The notes under the pieces were generated by a model. The model searched no databases and was not told where the DNA came from. It saw nothing but the letters and a program-made list of their open reading frames with translations. Shown here in pieces: positions 59,016-64,000 of a stretch of DNA of 64,000 nt. Source of the stretch: Marsupella aquatica (Eukaryota; Plantae; Marchantiophyta); assembly GCA_973895155.1 (NCBI GenBank), contig OZ316899.1:15465974-15529973 (forward strand). The letters are read 5' to 3'. Each line of letters opens with the position of its first letter. The first letter of the stretch is position 1. The position numbers and the translations under genes were made by a program.

Positions 59016-59921
59016 ATGGCTGAACCTACGCCAAGGGAAGAAAGAGCGATTCAATAGGAGAGAGCTCGTTTGCAGCAGCTCGCCGGGTGGCATGATACAC
59101 AGCAATTGAGAGGGGCAGAAAGAGCTAGTAGCTCCGTAACTAAAAGTGGCATCGAAGAAGACATACCAGAAGAGGAGTCGGCAAGGAGAAGTGAGTCTCC
59201 AACCGACATGGGGGAACCAGAGGCACGGTCAGACAAGAGGCCAGGGACCAGACTGAGCCAACGGTCACGCATTCATTACAAGGCCTTTCATGGAAGACGA
59301 GATGAGGATCCGGACAAATGGTTGGATGACTTCGAAGGAACCGCTGCAGCAAATGGAGAATCGGCCATCAAGATGCAAATTCTTCCCGGCCTGTTGAAGG
59401 GTGAGGCTAGACCTTGGTACAGAGCATTGGACGTGGAAGATCAAGGCATCTGGAATACTTTCAGATCACTATTTGTCAAAGAGTTTCAACCCATTGGAAC
59501 TTCAGAGTTAGCAGTGCTGAAGTTGGGACGACTTCGATTCAAGGAGAACAAATCCTTCAGGAAGTTCTTGCAACGCTTCCAAAAGCTGGTAAGACATACA
59601 AAGACCAATGCATCTGAAGGTATGAAACTTCAATGGTTAGTGAATGCTTTGCCACAGAAGATGAGTTTTACAATTAGGAAGGAGAACCCAGAGACTTTAG
59701 CCAAGGCAATTAGAGATATTCAATTATACATTAATGCAGATATCACAAGCCGGAAGAAACAGCTTAAGTCTGAGAGTTCCTCATCGGAGGAAGGATCAAC
59801 CCATAAGAAAAAAGATAAGAAAAAGAAACATTCTAAGAAGTCAAGAAGTGATAACTCAAGCTCGGATAGTGGAAGTAGCAAGAGTGAGTCATCTTCTAGT
59901 TCTGAAGAAGAAGAAAACTAG
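59016..59921 (+). CDS. gag: Family A Gag (capsid-like), one early stop
   Basis: FHGRRDEDPDKWLDDFE, LKGEARPWY, WNTFRSLFVKEF. Confidence 0.85.
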
Positions 59922-61953
59922 GAAAAAGAAGGGCAGAAGGAGGGGGAAGTTGAAAGTCAAGCTAGAGGCTAAAACACCAGATAACATCGTAGCCCTTACC
60001 AAGCAGCTTAAGGCTATAATACCAGAGGTGAAACCAAAGAAGAAGGTAGTACAGGAGGATAGCTCTGTATGGTGTGCCCTATGTTATAAAACCGGACACC
60101 ATAAGGATGCATGTCCTAAACTCAATACCAGTCATGTTTGGCATGTAGCTGAGGTCAGACCATGTCAGGGAGAAGTAGAGTACTTCCTAGGAGATGCCGC
60201 TATTAGTGTTTTCGGCATCAGTGAGACTGGAGCACAAGACCTATCCAACAGACCTGCATCTCTCTGGTCAGGATTAAGGAATAATCCGGGAGAGATGTAT
60301 CCTCGAATTATTCAAAATCCGTCAGTACCTCCTAGGCCGAATGTGCAAAGATTTGCGGCATGCTATAATTGTGGTCAACCTGGCCATTTTGCTAGAGAAT
60401 GCCCGAATGCACGCAAACAAGGTGATGGACAACCAGCTCAGCTATGTATGGGATACCGACAAGAGGGTCACATGCTAGGACAATGTCCTACTTGGTTGGC
60501 AGGCCTGGCCGCAAATCATAAGCTCTTGCCGGTCAAGGTCTTGCCGCCAGGTACTACCCCCGAAGGAGTTCAAATCAACCACATCGAACTTGGATGGCAA
60601 ACGGATGCCAAGGCAGAGTTTGGACCATCTGATGATGAGGCCGAGGCCCTATCAACCTTCTTAGAAGAGGATTTGGATCATGATTGCTACCGGGTCTCTA
60701 CTCAATCTACCAGAAGGAAGGAAAGGTGGGATGGGCTGGCCAAAAATAAAGGGAAGGTTAAGGAAGAAAAGATCGACTCTTTGTCAACATCAACGGAAGG
60801 AGAAGGAAGGGCGCCGGCAACACAGGTAAGCCATGAGCCCACCAGTGAGCCCAATCCTTCACAGGACAGCGACTTTAATCGAGATCACCCTAAGTTGTTC
60901 TACCCCTCTATTACGGCTAGTGTTAAGGAACAACTGCGAGAATTAGAAACCCTCGAGAATACCGAAGCCATAGCCAAGGATGTGAAACGAGCAAAAGCGT
61001 TGTTTGCTTCGGAAGATCCAATGGCTGTGGAAACCAGCGTGAAAAAGCAGGTAGAAGCCAAGATGGAGACACCGCTAGAAGAGAAGCCGATAGTTCCCTA
61101 TGACCTGGCTAAAGATGTGCTAGAATCTAGAGTCTCGGCAATAGTAGGTCAACTATTGAAAAATAGCCCGTACTTCCGGAAGCAGTTAAGAAAGGCGATT
61201 CTCGGCAAGCCGAGATTACCCAAGGTAGCAACCAAATCCGACGTGCTGATGATAGAAGAAGATCAAGGAGCCCCAACATTACCATTAATGATTCAAGGAG
61301 AAATAGTACTGCGAGTACCCATTGATGGAGGATCAGGGGTATGTATTATGATTGATTCAACAACAAAAGGATGGGGTCTAACGCCGGAGATGACTGGAAG
61401 AGTGTTAAACATGGCCAATGGGTATCAAGTCATTCCCACGGGAGTGTTAACCGGCATCAAGACGGAGATAAGAGGCATCTTCTTTAGCATTAACTATGTA
61501 GTAATGAAGCCGGTAAACCCTACGTCGTTTAGGCTATTAATTGGCAGGCCATGGCTGTACCTAGCCAAGGTAATAGACGATTGGGGTAAGAAGGAGTTCA
61601 CTTTTGGGACCTCAGCTATTACGGTATCCTGGGACACCAAAGATGACCGCAGGAAAAGCATCAAGGAGATAGATGGGTACGATAGTGGACTGGAGTCAGT
61701 CGATGAGGTACGTTGGCTAGAATGCCTCACTGACCTAACCGAAGAAAGTGTCTTTGGACCAGAAGTACCCCCCAGCGGATTATGGCAAGAACCTATGGAA
61801 AGTGACTTGGAGGAAGGTGAAGAAGAGGTCGAGGATTGCTTTACCATAGAATCCACCTTTTTAGCTTCAATCCCGGAGGAAGCACAAGAGCTGGACCAGT
61901 TGGGTGAAACGGCTAAGTGGGGAGCTGCAGCAGGGACCGTGGATTTTCCTTAG
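59734..61953 (+). CDS. gag-pol: Family A Gag zinc knuckles + aspartic protease
   Basis: CALCYKTGHHKDAC, CYNCGQPGHFAREC, PIDGGSGV...LLIGRPWL. Confidence 0.85.
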   Translation: MQISQAGRNSLSLRVPHRRKDQPIRKKIRKRNILRSQEVITQARIVEVARVSHLLVLKKKKTRKKKGRRRGKLKVKLEAKTPDNIVALTKQLKAIIPEVKPKKKVVQEDSSVWCALCYKTGHHKDACPKLNTSHVWHVAEVRPCQGEVEYFLGDAAISVFGISETGAQDLSNRPASLWSGLRNNPGEMYPRIIQNPSVPPRPNVQRFAACYNCGQPGHFARECPNARKQGDGQPAQLCMGYRQEGHMLGQCPTWLAGLAANHKLLPVKVLPPGTTPEGVQINHIELGWQTDAKAEFGPSDDEAEALSTFLEEDLDHDCYRVSTQSTRRKERWDGLAKNKGKVKEEKIDSLSTSTEGEGRAPATQVSHEPTSEPNPSQDSDFNRDHPKLFYPSITASVKEQLRELETLENTEAIAKDVKRAKALFASEDPMAVETSVKKQVEAKMETPLEEKPIVPYDLAKDVLESRVSAIVGQLLKNSPYFRKQLRKAILGKPRLPKVATKSDVLMIEEDQGAPTLPLMIQGEIVLRVPIDGGSGVCIMIDSTTKGWGLTPEMTGRVLNMANGYQVIPTGVLTGIKTEIRGIFFSINYVVMKPVNPTSFRLLIGRPWLYLAKVIDDWGKKEFTFGTSAITVSWDTKDDRRKSIKEIDGYDSGLESVDEVRWLECLTDLTEESVFGPEVPPSGLWQEPMESDLEEGEEEVEDCFTIESTFLASIPEEAQELDQLGETAKWGAAAGTVDFP

Positions 61954-62884
61954 GCATTGTGGCAAAGCCGGCAGGATCCACAACGCCGTCTATCATTGGC
62001 AATAAATTAAATACCAAGGGATCAGCATACAAGCCGATCACGAGGGCAGAGCAAATTGAGGCCCTACTAGAAGGCGGAAGAACACGATGGCCTGACCCTC
62101 AGGAAGCAGGAATAGATGAGATACACGGGAAGAATCCTGAGCTGAGTCAGGAAGGGGAGCCGACACCGAGCAGAACGGCAAGGGAACAGTCTGTTGATAA
62201 CCAGGGAGAAATTAAGTCAACCAACTCGGCTAGTACAGGCGAGATTCCAGTCTATGGAGGTATGAGACTGGAGAGGCCTCGGGGGTCTCACTATATGGAG
62301 GACCCCCCCATCACCTGCGACGTTTTCATGCCTAGACCCCCATACTTATTAAGTTGAATTTTTTTTTTCCTCCCTCTTTCTTTCTTCTAAGAGTCTAAAA
62401 TCCAAATTGTATTGCCCCTATAATTTGTGAAGTAAAGTGTCACATATCAATAAAAAATGCCTAGAAAGAAAAGATAAGTCTATGTCAGTACCTTGTGAAG
62501 TCGTATGTCAGACATGGCACGCCCTGCAACAGCTCTTGCACCTTTGTCGACCTTAAACTTTGATCATTTCAATGCATCATTTATATTGTGTACCTAAAAG
62601 GTCATCCCAATATAAACCTTACGTGCATAAGTGGGATGGCCTTTAAGGTCACAACATAAATAATCCATTCCACCCATTGATCACCAATCCCATGCTCCAT
62701 CCATACTCCATTTAAAACTTATGTTGAGAGATGTAACATGTGACGGAGGGGAATTGAACCCCTAATTGAGAAATGATCTCAAGTTGCCAATCCGTCACCC
62801 CCTATCCTATCCCACTACACCCACTAATATTAACAAAATAAAACATATATACAGACTCTCAAAAACTAAACAGTAGCATGATAT

Positions 62885-63976
62885 TCATACCATTGTTTGA
62901 AGATACTGATCCAAAGCACGTCTATCTATTGGATCCAACACATAGATACGATCCATAACCCCTTCTTTCATGGTTAAACTAACACTAGCAATGACCATTT
63001 CAATATCCATCCATTTCAAATCAGTGGTATCATATCTGAATTCACTTTTGCTCTTACCAATAGGACTATACCAATTTAACAACAGTTCACAAATGTTACC
63101 TGATTGCCCTGCGAGTGGAGTTGGCCTATCCATCAAATCAATTGGTGACCGACAATTGCCCCACCTACTGCCATACTTCTGTCTCATTTGGACAATCCGA
63201 CCCAACCAAAAATATTTCTTACCTGCTGAGATTGCCTCCACCACAACCTTATTCTTTCTTCCCTTTCTTTTTCCAGATCTAGTACTTGGAGCAGGATTAT
63301 CATCAGACTCAAATGCAATTGCACAATCAGTGCCAACATCAACAAAACATGAGTTAGGATTGACTTCTTGCACTTTTCTCTTGCCAGTACTATAGTATAG
63401 CACTTGTTTCACCCTTGTCAACCTATCTTTTGACAAATGCGGATTTCCTACCAACTGGCTTACCAGAGTGGATTTGTAAATCACCTTGCCTTCATAAGTA
63501 ACAGTAGGCACTACCTTGGTACGATTATGCACATTAGTTACAGCATGGACAACTGATCCAAACACATGCCGAACTTCATGACCTAATGTCTCAAGCTCAT
63601 CTGAGGGGTCTACATCAAACTGTATATCATCTCTATGTACATCATCTGAATGCATCTCAGGAACAACAATGGGATCTGGTTCTGTTAACCATGCATCTAT
63701 TCTATTCAGATCATCCTCAGGATCTTCCAATTCATTAAAATCTCCAGTTGGGCGAGGACCTATGTCTGGTGGTTGGTGCTCTACTTGCTCCTCAGAATCA
63801 TTGCAAACAATTGCTTCCTTCAGAACCACCTCTAGTGGCCAGGTCTCACTTTCCACAACCCAAGGACATGTCCACCATCTCTTTCTAGCTGCTGGTAAGG
63901 AACTTCGTGGAGACATCTGCAATTGATGCATAAGATCCTTAGCAGCAACAAAACCTTCTTTAAGGGCTGCAACCAC
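62885..63976 (-). CDS. C-terminal part of a probable DNA-transposon protein (extends beyond window)
   Basis: 363-aa open frame in an insertion that truncates family A pol near 62312; superfamily not recognised. Confidence 0.45.
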   Translation of the reverse strand: MVAALKEGFVAAKDLMHQLQMSPRSSLPAARKRWWTCPWVVESETWPLEVVLKEAIVCNDSEEQVEHQPPDIGPRPTGDFNELEDPEDDLNRIDAWLTEPDPIVVPEMHSDDVHRDDIQFDVDPSDELETLGHEVRHVFGSVVHAVTNVHNRTKVVPTVTYEGKVIYKSTLVSQLVGNPHLSKDRLTRVKQVLYYSTGKRKVQEVNPNSCFVDVGTDCAIAFESDDNPAPSTRSGKRKGRKNKVVVEAISAGKKYFWLGRIVQMRQKYGSRWGNCRSPIDLMDRPTPLAGQSGNICELLLNWYSPIGKSKSEFRYDTTDLKWMDIEMVIASVSLTMKEGVMDRIYVLDPIDRRALDQYLQTMV

Positions 63977-64000
63977 TAATTCATTAGTCTCAATGAGAGA

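Larger units (their letters stand above)
51601..62311 (+). mobile_element. Family A Ty3/gypsy (non-chromovirus, Tat/Athila-like) element: 5' LTR, PBS, gag-protease; interrupted
   Basis: LTR followed by TGG-type PBS and gag-PR. Confidence 0.85.

Overview
Transposon-only window, most likely heterochromatin of an early-diverging land plant such as a bryophyte (inferred from Bianca copia, Athila/Tat-like gypsy, CACTA and Sola-like elements). No host gene was recognised. The window is a nest about 6 levels deep. Left part: a giant LTR (family A) inserted in a Sola-like DDD transposase gene, then a Bianca copia. A chromovirus-like Ty3/gypsy (from ~14367, followed to 43060) carries a second Bianca, two nested 4.7-kb solo LTRs, and a chain of further LTR elements, a CACTA and a probable DNA transposon. 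Two features stand out. (1) A Ty3/gypsy element at 22375-31106 has a DDE integrase with a C-terminal PHD finger and a remnant C5-cytosine methyltransferase. Instead of normal LTRs it has split direct repeats (A...B-A-B), a Tf1-like self-priming site and a palindromic internal att junction, which together fit integration of a circularly permuted 2-LTR circle. (2) Several families of giant (4.4-4.7 kb) LTRs each carry a large protein-coding ORF with a shared domain. All coordinates, counts and alignments were made by eye.
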